A stretch of 64,000 nucleotides of DNA from Octopus sinensis. Taxonomy: Eukaryota. How positions within the stretch are numbered: the first letter of the stretch is position 1; every line of letters starts with the position of its first letter. The notes under the pieces are model-generated. The model searched no databases and was not told the DNA's origin. It saw nothing but the letters and a program-made list of their open reading frames with translations. The stretch spans positions 186,001-250,000 of the forward strand of contig NC_042997.1 of the NCBI RefSeq assembly GCF_006345805.1. Reading direction: 5' to 3'. The position numbers and the translations under genes are program-made. Positions 41,901 to 55,974 of the stretch are shown here, one piece after another.

Positions 41901-43510
41901 GCCTGCTCTACCGCCAGCTACCATATCCTGGATCAAGAATGGAAGGGCCGAGTTCCTATCTATGTTTGCTCGCGACTACATAGGGACCTAAAACAATTAA
42001 TGAAAACATGATATACAAGGTCATGCTAGTTGCGAGTTATGTCTGTGGTTTTCAAAATGAACTAATAGATCAAGACATACAACAATAGAACCAAAAATAA
42101 TTTGCAACAGATGCATTAGATACTACATGTTAAAAGGTACTAGCAATGCCTTAATTATTCTACATGACTCAGTCGACAAGTAACTATTGACCATTTTAAT
42201 TGGAAAAGAGTTAGCTGTAAACTTCATTTTTCCAACTTTTGTATTGGCCACATAAAAAAGTCACAATTTCGCTGTTGCACATAAAACAAGGTACAAAGAT
42301 TAATTGTAACATATTCTGTTTCACAACATTATCAAATGTACATCAAAACATTAGTAGACTCACCTATGCTCAACAGAATTCCACCCGTTAAAAAGGGCGA
42401 CGAATGATGGAAGCAACGGTCATTACACTAATCAATGCCCCCAATAGTACACACACACATACACACACATTATTTTGGTTAATGTAATATCAATTCGTCC
42501 ATCTGATCCCAGTCAGATTGTGTTATCCTTTCCAGTGTTATCCCCTTGTGGGAAATAAAAAAAACATTATTTTGATTGCGTTAGTCTCTTGCCGCTCTGC
42601 ATTTCACCTGTTTCACCTGTCAAATCTTACTCATGGGGTGTTTATCATTTGAAGGTCACATAAAAAAAAAAATGTATATATGCCTTAAGTGCAGCATATT
42701 GGGATCGAGCCAGAATTCACATGGTTGCAATGTGAAGTTCTTAACCACTCGGCAATCAATGCCAACATATACCTTCAGGGACAGTTCTATGAATTGGAAA
42801 CTTAACAAAAGAACCCTTTAGCTTTACGTATTGTTGCCTAATTTTCTAATTTAATTCAGTGGCAATAGTATACTGTAGATTGTTTTAAACATTTTTGTTC
42901 GTGACCTTCCATAAAAGAGGTGCTAATTCCAATAATATGATTTCCCATTTCTCACATTAAAAATTCAGTGGCAAAGCGGTCAGTTGATTAAGGAAATTTT
43001 GTCAAACTGGAAAGCCAATGTAACAATAGTGTATTAATTAACTTGAGATAACAAGTAGGGTAACCGTTAAAAAAAAAAGAAAGAAAATAGAGCGTGATAA
43101 GTAAGACAAACTGTTTGAGCAATATCGTGTTTGGGAGGGCTTATGAGAGTGAAGGGGAGAAAGAGAGAAGAGAGAGAGAGAGGAGAGAGAGAGAGAGACA
43201 GAGAATGAAAGAATGAAAGAAAGTGGAGGAGAGAATGAGAAAGAGATCAGTCTTCGATGATACAAGAGTAAGTAAAGTGAAAATGTCGAGGTTAGTAAGA
43301 TGTTACAATGCAACTGTATATGTATGTAGATTGCACACATGCAACCACAAACACACACACATGTTAACACGCACACACACACTGAAGGAGGCAGAGAGGG
43401 GAAGTCGGAACCAAAGATGGGACGAAAGGGAAAGTAAGTGAGAGATAAAGAGTAAACTAACGTTTTCGTGTCAGCAACTGAAAAATATTCTAGATTTGTT
43501 TCAGAAGTTT

Positions 43511-43598
<88 letters not shown>

Positions 43599-43742
43599 AT
43601 GTGTGTGAGTATGTGTGTGTATGTGTGTGCTTATGTGCTTCATTAATGGAATGGTAGCCAGACGTAGAAAGGTAAAACATTGTCGTAAGCTGGACATAGA
43701 AAGAACAAAACCAGGAGAAATAGGGACACAAACCATAAGAGG

Positions 43743-43779
<37 letters not shown>

Positions 43780-43925
43780 GGAAAAGAAAAAATGAGAGAG
43801 AAATACAGACTGAGAAACAGAGTAGAAAGAAACGAAGAGAAACAGAAACAGACAGAGAAAGAGTGAGGGAAAGAATTAGTCTGAAGGAGAATTGTACTTG
43901 TTATGTTGAACATTGATGATGAGTG

Positions 43926-44308
43926 GAGGCGCAATGGCCCAGTGGTTAGGGCAGCGGACTCGTGGTCATAGGATGGCGGTTTCGATTCCCAGACCGGGCG
44001 TTGTGAGTGTTTATTGAGCGAAAACACCTAAAGCTCCACGAGGCTCCGGCAGGGGATGGTGGTGATCCCTGCTGTACTCTTTCACCACAACTTTCTCTCA
44101 CTCTTACTTCCTGTTTCTGTTGTACCTGTATTTCAAAGGGCCGGCCTTGTCACTCTCTGTGTCACGCTGAATATCCCAGAGAACTACGTTAAGGGTACAC
44201 GTGTCTGTGGAGTGCTCAGCCACTTACACGTTAATTTCACGAGCAGGCTGTTCCGTTGTTTCGGATCAACCGGAACCCTCGTCGTCGTAACCGACGGAGT
44301 GCTTCCAT
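43926..44308 (+). mobile_element. SINE family C (different central segment, tail type 2)
   Basis: tRNA head ggcgcaatggcccagtggttaggg...ggtttcgattccc; 3' half matches 38845-39020. Confidence 0.88.
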
Positions 44309-44926
44309 TGATGATGATGATATTGATAATCTCGTCCGCTCTGATCAACCAGGTGTATAGGTGTATACTCAAGTGTCTTACAAGCCTTCTTTTGTTTAAT
44401 ATCAAGGATTATATTCTCCTCTGTGAACTTCCTTACAGCTGTTTACCTGCAAGCTAGCTCTCTCTTTCAGCCATAGCCATACCATGTTTTCTATAGTTAC
44501 GGTGTTTCTATAATCAGGACTGTTATCTATCTATTTAGACCGCAATGTCTCAACAGTTGTTATGTTCCGCAGTTGTATCGAACATCTAAATAATCTCTCA
44601 GATATGGTTTCATAGAAATTTTGAAGTTATCTGTCGTACGTTGAGCAACAGTTTAAAGGCATAATATCAAAATTTTATAGTTAGTCTTCGTCTTCAATAC
44701 AATTTCATTCACACCTGAGGCTGAAAAAGAGTTTGGAAAGTATAAATTCAAAGAGACAGAAGTGCGAGTGAAAAACAAATGAAGAAGCAATTGCAAATAG
44801 ATTGCATACCTTGTCAACACGTGACTTTTAAGAGAATTACATTCAGATATTATGCTAACAGTGAATCATAGATATGTAAGTACAATTACTAAGAAACGAA
44901 TGAAGAAATATAACATCATAGTGTCA

Positions 44927-45159
44927 TACTCTTTTACTCTTTACTCTTTTACTTGTTTCAGTCATTTGACTGCGGCCATGCTGGAGCACCGCCTTTAATC
45001 GAGCAACTCGACCCCGGGACTTATTCTTTTTGTAAGCCCAGTACTTATTCTAACGGTCTCTTTTGCTGAACCGCTAAGTAACGGACCTAAACACACCAGC
45101 ATTGGTTGTCAAGCAATGCTAGGGGAACAAACACAGACATACAAACACACACACGCATA

Positions 45160-45191
<32 letters not shown>

Positions 45192-45225
45192 CATATATAC
45201 AACGGGCTTCTTTCAGTTTCCGTCT
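44927..45225 (-). mobile_element. SINE family A, 5'-truncated
   Basis: Close match to 1576-1860. Confidence 0.88.
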
Positions 45226-45301
45226 GTATGTTGTAGGATATCTCTTATATCCCCACACACAAACACACACACACACACGCACGCATACACACACGTATAC
45301 A

Positions 45302-45362
<61 letters not shown>

Positions 45363-46046
45363 TTAAACATATAAGTTCCAGTCGTACAATATCTCCTTGA
45401 TTATGTCAGAAACGATAAAAATTTTTGAAAACTTTGCGTAGGCCTCTGAGCATATATCGCCAAAATTTTGGCAAAATTTGATGCAGATTCTCTGCTCAAA
45501 TTTCTATGTCATGGTCAATGCAACGATCACACATTACACACGTTACTCCCAAGCACTGCTCTGAAGAGCAGAAGAGGGCTAGAGCATTAAAACTTAGTGC
45601 ACATGCACAGCAGAGTTCAAGGTCAATCTGTGCCAAGAGACTTTACTCTGAGTGCTTTAGCTTTATTACTATGGCAACAGTTTGGATATTTATTGATCAG
45701 ATCACGTATATGACATTAGCTGTCATACTCGCTTGTGGGTGATTTGTACGGACGTATGTATGTATGTATGCATGTATGTATGTATGTTTGTATGTATGTA
45801 TATATGTATGTATGCATGCATATATGCATGTATTATGTATGTATATATGAATGCATGTATACATTTACGTATGTATGAATGTTTGAATGCATGCATGCAG
45901 GTATTTATATGTGCAGATTTGTATGTATATATGCATATGTGCACATTCGTATCTTTTGTTTTATGTATGCCTTCTCGTGCATATAGTTGTATATTTAGAT
46001 ATGCTCATATATACTTAAATGATAAACTTCTGGAAAGTTTTACAAA

Positions 46047-46510
46047 TATTTACAGTTCCAGTGATGGCTTGGATCTCAAGGTTTCGAATCAGATTTCTCC
46101 CTTCTGGTTTTGAGAAGCCTAATTTCTCTAGATTGGTTCTTAGGCAGTGCCTCAATAATTACAGATATAAAGCTGAACTCGTAATCTGGATAACTTAACT
46201 GTAAATTTCTCTATAGTTCGTATGTCTGTCTGTCTGTCTGTATGTATGTATGTATGTATGTCTGTCTGTCTGTATGTATTTACAGTTCCAGTGATGGCTT
46301 GGATCTCAAGGTTTCGAATCAGATTTCTCCCTTCTGGTTTTGAGAAGCCTAATTTCTCTAGATTGGTTCTTAGGCAGTGCCTCAATAATTACAGATATAA
46401 AGCTGAACTCGTAATCTGGATAACTTAACTGTAAATTTCTCTATAGTTCGTATGTCTGTCTGTCTGTCTGTATGTATGTATGTATGTATGTATGTCTGTC
46501 TGTCTGTATG
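46047..46510. repeat. Near-perfect 230-bp tandem duplication
   Basis: Units start at 46047 and 46277; by eye they differ only in TATG repeat count. Confidence 0.92.
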
Positions 46511-46546
46511 TATATATGTATGTATGTATATATGTATGTATGTATG

Positions 46547-46580
<34 letters not shown>

Positions 46581-46624
46581 TGTATGTATTTATGTATAAC
46601 TTGTATGCATATAGAGACAGACTG

Positions 46625-46669
<45 letters not shown>

Positions 46670-47999
46670 AAACACCACTGTTGACTGTTCTTGTTCAAGA
46701 TAATATATTACACTGGTTTCATTTAGAAATCATTGAGACACATGAAGGCAAAGAATTGGTAGTCATATGAGTGAGCAGTAAAAGACAGTGAAAATAACTA
46801 TAGGATATCGAAAGCTATATCCTGTGAAAACGCTAAATAAATGAGATCTACATGGAACACTGCTTGAGGCGTTATATTTGCAAGATATTTCATTTCGCAA
46901 TGTTCCAGTGAGAGCCAGGGACAAAAGCAAACCGAATGTGTATCATTCTACAGCAGAGAAAGGTTATTTATCTCCAGGTAAAATTTACTGTCAGATTTGA
47001 AATGTTGAATTGTTGAGCGTCAGCATCTTGGCAGCGGCTGCATATAAAACAATTTTTATTTATGAATTAGATACATATCACGGAAATAACTAGTACGCTC
47101 TTTCTGTATGTATGTTGTTATATTCCACTACAAATGCTATAAGAAACTGACATATTTGTTGAAAGTTGATATTGTTGTTATTCCAATAAATTGTGGCCCA
47201 TTTTGTTCATAACAAATAATAGGATTGACATAATTGCAGCTGTTTTTCGATGTCATTTGTTTATTTATTTATTAATTTTTTGTTTGTTTATTTTCTATCT
47301 GACTGGACTTGTCATATGGAGACATAGCCATCATACAAATTAATTACACACAAATAAGCGTGAGTTTACACACACATATACGCACGTTTTAACCCAAACA
47401 TACAAAAGTACTTATAATGCATAGTTTGAACTGTATGTATGTATCCTGCTGTCTATGTATGTATCCTGCTGTCTATCTATCTGTGGGTTTATTCGCCTTC
47501 TCTGTTTGTGTGTCTCTTCCTATTGGTACGCTTGTTTACTAGTAAATTGAGTTTTACAGTCGTTCACATATATGCGTGTGTATGTGCGAATGTTTGTGTA
47601 AGTGCATTCATAAATACATACATCCATACGTACATACATACACACATACACTATACAAACACACATACACTATACATACACACATGCATGGTTGGTCTAA
47701 ACATTAGCAAACATTTAAATTAGCTGTTTTTTTACCTTTAAATTCAAATTCAATTTAATTCATTGTCATTTTAGACACATACATTGAAAATATGTTTATT
47801 GAAAAACTTAATTTAATTATGCGATTCAGAAGAAATTTATATGTGCCCCCTCCCCCACATTCATTCATATTTTGCAAAATGTAGAAACAGGGAAACTGAT
47901 CGACTGATTAGTAAGACAGATAGACAGAAAATGTGTTAGAGAGATGGACGAAGCAGGACTTGCGTAAATTCTTCGTTACATACATAAATACAGTATATA

Positions 48000-48229
48000 T
48001 TTCTTTATTGCCCACAAGGGGCTAAACATAGAGAGGACAAACAAGGACAGACAAAGAAATTAATTCGATTAAATCGACCTCAGTGCGTAACTGGTACTTT
48101 ATTTATCGACCCCGAAAGGATAAAAGGCAAAGTCGACCTCGGCAGAATTTGAACTCAGTACGTAACGGTAGACGAAATATCGCGATGCATTTTGTCCGGC
48201 TTGCTAACGTTTCTGCCAGCTCGACGCCT
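48000..48229 (-). mobile_element. SINE family B, head plus 1 body
   Basis: Same unit as 40278-41074. Confidence 0.88.
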
Positions 48230-48263
48230 TTACATAAATACACTATAGGCACGTCTCTTTGTA

Positions 48264-48490
48264 TATACGAGGGCGTGTTGAAAAGTTCTTGGCTTTAAGG
48301 GTTTCGCGAAAGGCCTGGTTGGAGTCTCTCAAACTTCCGAGTTCTTTTACAGAGCTTTGAAAAACTGAAGGGCTGCTGCATTAAGTGTGTGAATCTGTGA
48401 GTTGAATACGTTGAATATAATCATAATTAACTGATGCTCTTGTAATTTCTTTTGTCAAAAGGTAGGAACTTTCCAGTTACCAACCCGCAT
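48264..48490 (+). mobile_element. Short non-autonomous mariner derivative
   Basis: Left TIR TAcgagggcgtgttgaaaagttc, degenerate right TIR; internal ELEKLKGCCIKCVNL resembles a mariner C-terminus. Confidence 0.6.
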
Positions 48491-48759
48491 GTATGTGTAT
48501 GTGTGTATGTGTTTGTATGCATGGGTGTGTGTGTACAATGGTCATGAGTTGACAGATTTGTTAGAGTTTTGTATAGAACACCGTATGACATTACATTGAA
48601 CCCTCTTCTGCCTGAGTTCAAATCCCGTCGAATTCAATTTCACTTTTGTGAGTCGTTAAAAAAAGTACTTGTAATGTCTCAATTCTTCTCTCTATTACTC
48701 TTTCTCTCTCTTTCTGTCTTTCAATATTTCATTTCCTCTCTTTATCTATTCTATTTTAT

Positions 48760-48804
<45 letters not shown>

Positions 48805-49659
48805 GAGGGAGAGAGAAAGATACATATATATAGAGAGAGGGACAGGGGGGAAAAGAAATAGTATATATTATATATACATCTCGAAATATTTTCAGAAATA
48901 CCTCTTTATATTTCCTAAGCATATATGTGTTCGTGTGTCGCTGTTATGTGAATGTATACCGGAACATACGTACCATAATTTAACATTCCTATCGCAATGT
49001 TATGTATTTATTCCTCGGCAATCTTAGAAACCATTTATCATCTCTGAATGATCATGTTAACACAACTAAAAGTCCTTATGATTAATTATAAATATTGTCT
49101 TGTCAGATTATTCTGGTGTTGAAATAATCGACAATGAAAAAATATCGATGTAATTCATATACTTTATATTAAGGCAAGATCTATATGGAATATTATTGCA
49201 TGCCGAAAATATGTTAAATGGAGATGTACTAAATGATAAATTAAAAATATTCTCTGTCATTTGAAACTTTATTCTCTGCTGGAGAAAGAGAATGGAAACG
49301 TAACGTTACCGTTATACTTCTCTAAGAAAAAGGGTAAATGTTGAAAAGAATAAACATTAATTTCACAGAATTTATGTACAAGCTTGTTTGCATTCAAGGG
49401 AATATCTATCGATATGAGTCGGGAATATTTCTTTGGCGTAGCATACTCAAGCCCGATTTGGTTAGTAATAGGTTGTCACACACGAAGTGGGGCATTTTTA
49501 ATTACTTGTTATTTCAGTTATTTAAAAGCTCAATTATGTATACCTTTGCACATAATCTTGCATTTAATCTTACATTTAATCTTGACTCTTTTTCTTTGCA
49601 AACAAGACTGGTATACAAAATTTTTACCCACAGACCTTATGAAAATGATAACAACAAAA

Positions 49660-49790
49660 CGAAGTTGAGTGAATTTCTTGTATGAGTACAAACTGGGTCA
49701 TTCTGCTGCAGAGGCTCTACAGAATATCGAACCATTTGGTAATGGTTTTGTTGACATCAGAACTCTTCAGAGAAGCATTTGGTTGGGTGT
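49660..49790 (+). mobile_element. Mariner transposase N-terminal fragment
   Basis: FLYEYKLGHSAAEALQNI..FGNGFVDIRTLQR. Confidence 0.7.
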
Positions 49791-50887
49791 AGCATGCAAT
49801 TTTTCTGGAAAATGTGCCTGCCTACGAAGAGGTGCGTCTGTCTATCTCTTCTCTCTTGGACGAATGGCTTCCTGTCCATAGAAACGAGTGGTAATGGAGC
49901 TATGTCCTGGTGATCGTACACCCGGAACATCATAAAAACTGGTCTTCCTCCTCAGAAAAAAAAAAAAGAAAATGACTTCGTCAAAAGTCAGGTGAAACTA
50001 TCAATGTAGCATAATTCCCACATTGAGGATAGTGTCGCATTGCAAATTCAAACACAGACATCATAAAGAAAGATTGTCGACTGATTAACATGAATTTGTT
50101 CAATAAAACGCCACAAACTCTGGGCGACAGCTGATCTGTCTCCTATCCTTGCATTTTCTATCACTAACATAATAGGTGTCCTATTACTTCCAACTAACTC
50201 ATGCCTTCCACCCTCGTTCACCAGATTGTTCCCCCACTTTCAAGCATTACACTGACCACTGCAGTCCTTATTTCCTTCCTAGAACCTCGTTCTCCTAGAA
50301 TTACCTCGCATCATGCTTATGTATATGAATGGTTTAAACACATTGATATTTCACAGCGAACGAAAAACATATATGGCCATGTAAAAAGGTAATCAACGTT
50401 AGCGACACCATACTGAAATGCCTCGCTTTCTTTTTGACGTCAACTTATAACTCATTTCTTTCACTACTACATCAATTATCAAGCATAATAGATTGTGTGC
50501 GTTTGTGTGTGTGTGTGTGTGCGTGTGTCTGTGTGTGTGCGCGTCTGTGTGTGTGTGCGTGCGTAGCTCTGAATGTATGATAGTATATACGTACAAAAAT
50601 ACAGACACAACTGTATATATGTATATGTATGTATTATGTATGTATGTATGTATATGTGTGTGTGTGTCTGTGTCTGTATATATCCTCAGAGCAAACGTAT
50701 TATTTCATATATATTTTCGTTTTTCATTTTCTCTCTTCCCCTCTCCCTCTGTATATATATTGATATGTAGAAAGAGTGTGAAAGAGAGAGAGAGTGTGTG
50801 TATGTGTGCGTGTATGTATGCTTGTTTGTGTCAATGCATATGCGTATAATTGTCGCTAGATGCCATTATATATTCGTTCAGGTATAT

Positions 50888-50976
<89 letters not shown>

Positions 50977-51175
50977 AATATTCACAGATACACAACTTGT
51001 CATACGCTTGGAAATATATGTACATCTAAACAGAATTTGCCTGGCAGTCACAAAGTCATACAAACAAAGACTTGCATGCACATATAAAGATACGTACGTG
51101 CCCTTACAAATTATTCCGCACACACTCGTTCGCACACATACATAAATTTACACATTAAAATATGCATATATATCT

Positions 51176-51191
51176 TTGTATGTACGTACGT

Positions 51192-51231
<40 letters not shown>

Positions 51232-51356
51232 ACACACACACACACACATACACACACACACACCACACACACACACACATGTACTAATATGTATATATAA
51301 ATATATATATATAAATATATATATACTTATCTATTCCTATACATTTGTAAATATAA

Positions 51357-51446
<90 letters not shown>

Positions 51447-51452
51447 TCTATA

Positions 51453-51503
<51 letters not shown>

Positions 51504-51570
51504 GACTATATATAAGTATACCTATCTCTCTCTGTGTATATTATATATATATACATATATATATATATAC

Positions 51571-51650
<80 letters not shown>

Positions 51651-51668
51651 GCACACAATTTTATATAT

Positions 51669-51702
<34 letters not shown>

Positions 51703-51719
51703 GCACACAATTTTATATA

Positions 51720-51753
<34 letters not shown>

Positions 51754-51800
51754 ATATATATATGTGTGTGCGTATGTGTATATGTGTGTCTCGGTGTGTA
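51176..51800. repeat. Compound (CA)n, (TATC)n, (TA)n microsatellite field
   Basis: Directly visible. Confidence 0.95.
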
Positions 51801-52506
51801 TTTATATATATTTACTTATATATCAACCTTTCTATCTATATTTCATGTATACGCTCTTACAAAGTTTTTATTTCCTTTTTGGAATTCTTAAACCGGTTAT
51901 TGACTTATATTGCCCTAAGAGAGAATTACATGCTTACTCCTGAGATTATAGCTATGAATATCAATTTTATTAGCCTAACTTCTGCTAAATTGTTTTGAAT
52001 ATTAAAACAGAGACACATTACGGAATTCCAATTATTTTCTCTTCTGCTTGGAAACTTATATATTTCCTTTTCTCTTTCGCCACAACATGACACACACGCT
52101 TATATGCAAACGTACTTGCATGTGTATGTGATTATGCTTGTGTATGTGTATATCTACACATATATGCGCGCGTGAAACACATACATATATCTATATCTGT
52201 GTGTGTAAGTATTTATATGTATACATTTAAATTGCTTGTGTGTAAATAGAATGGTTTGTTTCGATGGTATATTGCACTATAAGATGCTTCATGAGCTTTT
52301 AGCCAAGTCGTACGTATAGACAGATACAAAGAGCGTTTCATTGTATGCACTAACTTCGAATACTGATGGAAAACGGATTAGCTCAATTAGTTTAAATTCT
52401 TATGGGAATTTCATCAAGAACCCATTACCCTTTATAACTGTGCAGGAAATATTGCTAACAAGCGCATGATTACTAGTAAGGGCTTACGTCAAACGAATAG
52501 ACCGAT

Positions 52507-52610
<104 letters not shown>

Positions 52611-52780
52611 AAGAGATGGTTTGTTGCCAAATTAATATGGAAGACCCAGGAAAGGGAAGAATGCTACTGCTATTTAGCCCCAAGAATACCGTTTCAAGTT
52701 GGCTATGTGACACAAGCGCTCTGTGTCCTTATGTTTTCAAACAGGGGAGATAAGTACCTCCATCCAATAAAGCCAACAGT

Positions 52781-52819
52781 CAGAGACTAGTTTCAGAGTC
52801 ATTGCTCTTCATCAGTCTG
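52781..52819 (-). ncRNA. Minimal type-I hammerhead ribozyme motif (PLE-type)
   Basis: Minus strand: CAGA CTGATGA AGAG-caatga-CTCT GAAA CTAG TC TCTG; intact core, helix I CAGA/TCTG, helix II AGAG/CTCT, minimal helix III with palindromic CTAG. Confidence 0.75.
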
Positions 52820-52989
52820 GAGTAGCTTGGCAGGCTATCTGAATTTTTGATCAAGACAATAAATGTTACACATAAATGGCACAGCACAGGACACATACAA
52901 AAAAGTTTATATGAATTCGAATGATTCTTATTTAAAAATTTTAATGAAATGATTAATTTTAATTTATAGTCTTTTTTCCTTTTGGGAAG

Positions 52990-54265
52990 GGGATTATGCC
53001 CGGTTGCCGCAAAGGCCCAGCGACTACCCCTATTTTTTTTTCTAATGCAGATTAAGTACGGTTACTTGCATCCACCTTTCTTAACACAGCCTTCCATCTT
53101 TCCTCAAACGCACTTCACGACAGGATCCTTCTCTCCAGCCCTATCTTGCTCTTCAGATGATATCTGAAGAATTGTAGCAAACCAGGGCCAGAGGTGAAGG
53201 ATCCCATCACGAGTCCTTGCATTCTAGTCTTCAACGCACATTCTTTCAGCACAGCAACTGTAGAGAAAAACATACCTCACCTTCCTTCGAGAGTCCAGTT
53301 GGCGGCATAATCTTTATTATAGATTCATCCGATAGCTGTACTCTTCCCAGATGCGACAAGACGCGTTCGACGTAAATCACCAAGCCTGACAGCTTCTGAC
53401 AACGTAAAAAAGCTGGACGGTTTCATCGTCCAGCCCACATCTTGGACATGTTGTTGGCACTGACATTCCGTGCCTGGATAACTTATCGCGAACAGGCAAA
53501 ACGCTCTTGTAGCACTGCCAGATCAGGGATTCTGGGTAATTATCCAATTACTCTGGCCCGAAGGTTTTTTTGAACAGGTTGGTAAGTTGGTTCCCACCGA
53601 ACCCTAGAGCCCCTCCTAGGGGCGTCATTGTTTTTGTGCTCTACTAACACTCTATACAAAACCGAGGTGGTATTCCCACTACTAGCCTTGCCCGTGTTGT
53701 GGATGAGCACGAGTGTCTGTCGACACTCCTTTTGCCAGATTACGTCTTTTAATGAAACCGGGTTTATATCGCTCCAAAGAGGCTGGTCGCGGAAAGAATT
53801 CATTCCTCAGCCAGCAGATTCCACAACTTATCACCCTCCAGGTAACGCCAGAGATGTCTCAACCTCAATGCATGCCTGCGCATCCCCAACCCACCCTTTA
53901 GCGGTTCCTGGCAGCAAACAGAGCGCCTGACAAGTGGCTTTCCTCCCTTTCTTTACCTCTCTTCCCTTCCCTCCCTTTTGTACACAAATGTTTTCGTATT
54001 AATAGCTTCTAGTGTCTCAGGGGCGACAACAACTTGGTATCCGCTCCACTTTTTTAATTAGGTTTCTAAACCTGAAAAACTGGTCCATAGTTACTTCAAG
54101 CTCCGTAACGTTGCCGTCTACCGCAGCTGATAAACTCTGTTTCTCCTTGGTAACTCGCTGGTTCACGGTTGTATTTCCTTTTCCCATTTCGGGAAAGGCC
54201 TTTTTTGACGAGAAGCCAAATTCCATATCAACACTTTTTCAAAAACCTTGTCACGAATGACAAGA
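52990..54265 (-). mobile_element. L1/Tx1-like LINE relic; putative 5'/ORF1 start joined to the ORF2 C-terminal region
   Basis: GKPLVRRSVCCQEPLKGGLGM...RHALRLRHLWRYL; LYRVLVE; LIWQCYKSVLPVRDKLSRHG...TCPRCGLDDETV; homologous to 8350 and 57640 segments. Confidence 0.85.
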
Positions 54266-54339
54266 AAAAATTGACAGAAAAAATAACCTGTAAAGTGTAA
54301 AAAATAACAGTTCACAGTTTATTGGTTTCATCCCATATC

Positions 54340-55970
54340 TTCTTCATAATTGGAGTGAATAGTATGTTTTTGGGGAAGTTGTTGCTTAATAGACTGTTAT
54401 TGATCTTGATCATTTCTTCGTGGTGGGTATCACGATCGCTACTTATATTCATTACTCGATGTTATAGGCAGTGAGCAATCCCTCTCTTTACACTGTATGG
54501 ATGGTGGGAGTTGAAGTTGAGGTATCGTCCAGTGAAAGTCGGCTTGCGGTATACGGATATCCTGAATCCAAACTTGGTGCATGTTAATAATATGTCCAGG
54601 AATCCTAGTTGATTGTCTTTTTCTTTTCCAATTGTGAACTTAATGGATGGCTTTACTGAATTCACATGATCTTACAGCACTTGAACATCTTCCTGGCGGG
54701 GCCAGAGTATGAAGGTGGCATCAACATATCGCATCAATAGGGTTGGTTTTAGCGGTGTTGATCCTAAAGCTAAATACTCAAAGTATTCTATGTATATATT
54801 GCCTATTATCGGTGATATATATCGATAATTATATATCGACAAGAAGAGGGTTTAGCTAAACCCATCAAATCCCAGCTAAACTCTCTTCTTGTCGATATAT
54901 ATCAGCGTCCATACTGAAGTAGGTAGTTTCTACACAGGTAAACATCAAGTTTCTTATTGGTATACTAGTGCGTTCTTTTAGATGGGTGTCTGTCACTAGG
55001 TTTTCTTGAATCACCGATAGTGCTTCACCAGTTGCGACTTTGGTGAACATCTAGACTCACCATCTAGTTGGATTCAATGGGGGTATCCTTTATCAATTCT
55101 GTGAAGTGGATGGAATTCTTCACGTACGATGTTGACTTTTCTGCTAATGTACTGATTATATGCACAAGGAAATGGCTCAGTGGATGGCATTCTAAACCTC
55201 TACAGCTGCTCACTATAGGTCTTAATGGAATACCATCCTTGCGAATCTTAGGAAGACCGTACGTGTGCGGTAGTTTACTGTAGTGTTGAGTCACTTGTCT
55301 GTACTTCATTAGTGAAAAGTGATCCTTGTTCTTGATCAAGATCTGTGACAACTTCCCCTCTGATTTTAAAGTAGGGTCTTTCTTTACTGTGCTGTAGCTA
55401 CCATCACTTCTAAGACTTGGCAGTTTTTCCGAGTAGTTAGACATGTTTATCACCACTGTAGCATTTCCCTTCTCTGCTGGAAATATTATGATGGAATTTT
55501 CACTCTGTAGTTTTTTGTTAGCGAATGTTTCTTCCTTAGTGATGTTTAGTTTGGGTAGTTTCGCTTTCCATCTAGTACCTGTCTCACTTTCCACCTTCAT
55601 CTGCCTGAGCTATTGGTATCTTTACGGCTATCTCTTCAACAGGGGCTATTATGTCCAAGTATGGAATGCGCTTAATGGTTGTCGCAAATTTGAAACCTTT
55701 GTTTAATACTGCTTCTTCAGAGCTGTCTAGATGTCGGCTACTTACATTAATTACTGCTTTCACAGGTGGGTGATGGACTTCAGCCTTCATTCTCTGACCT
55801 TTGAGTTTCATAAACTTCTTAATCTGGCGTGTCTTCACTATTTCAAATTCTTTCATGTATGACTTTCTAGATCTTGTTGGATTCTCTTTCTATCATAATA
55901 TCTGGTTATTTTCTTAAGTAATGAAGATAACCTCTCTTTGATTTTGTTATTTAATTGATGTTTTTTTCCA
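54340..55970 (-). mobile_element. Penelope-like element, decayed RT ORF
   Basis: VINVSSRHLDSSEEAVLNKGFKF, IIIFPAEKGNATVV, YGLPKIRKDGIPLRPIVS, IKFTIGKEKDNQLGFLDI, VYRKPTFTGRYLNFNSHHP. Confidence 0.92.
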
Positions 55971-55974
55971 ACGG

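Noticed and set aside
42364-42445. Strong minus-strand donor (tag|gtgagt)
   Set aside because: No convincing upstream acceptor or open frame.
43038-44027. 329-aa ORF, the longest in the track
   Set aside because: It is built from (GA)n/(TG)n tracts plus an antisense SINE head; the protein is low complexity.
45370-45660. Possible non-autonomous mariner fragment
   Set aside because: I could not identify TIR pairs or coding motifs with confidence.
49338-49685. Two overlapping ORFs of about 100 aa with a possible ag/gt exon
   Set aside because: No recognisable domain, and the 3' part overlaps the mariner 5' region.
54247-54264. 7-bp stem hairpin cttgtca-cgaa-tgacaag at a LINE end
   Set aside because: Too short to distinguish from chance.
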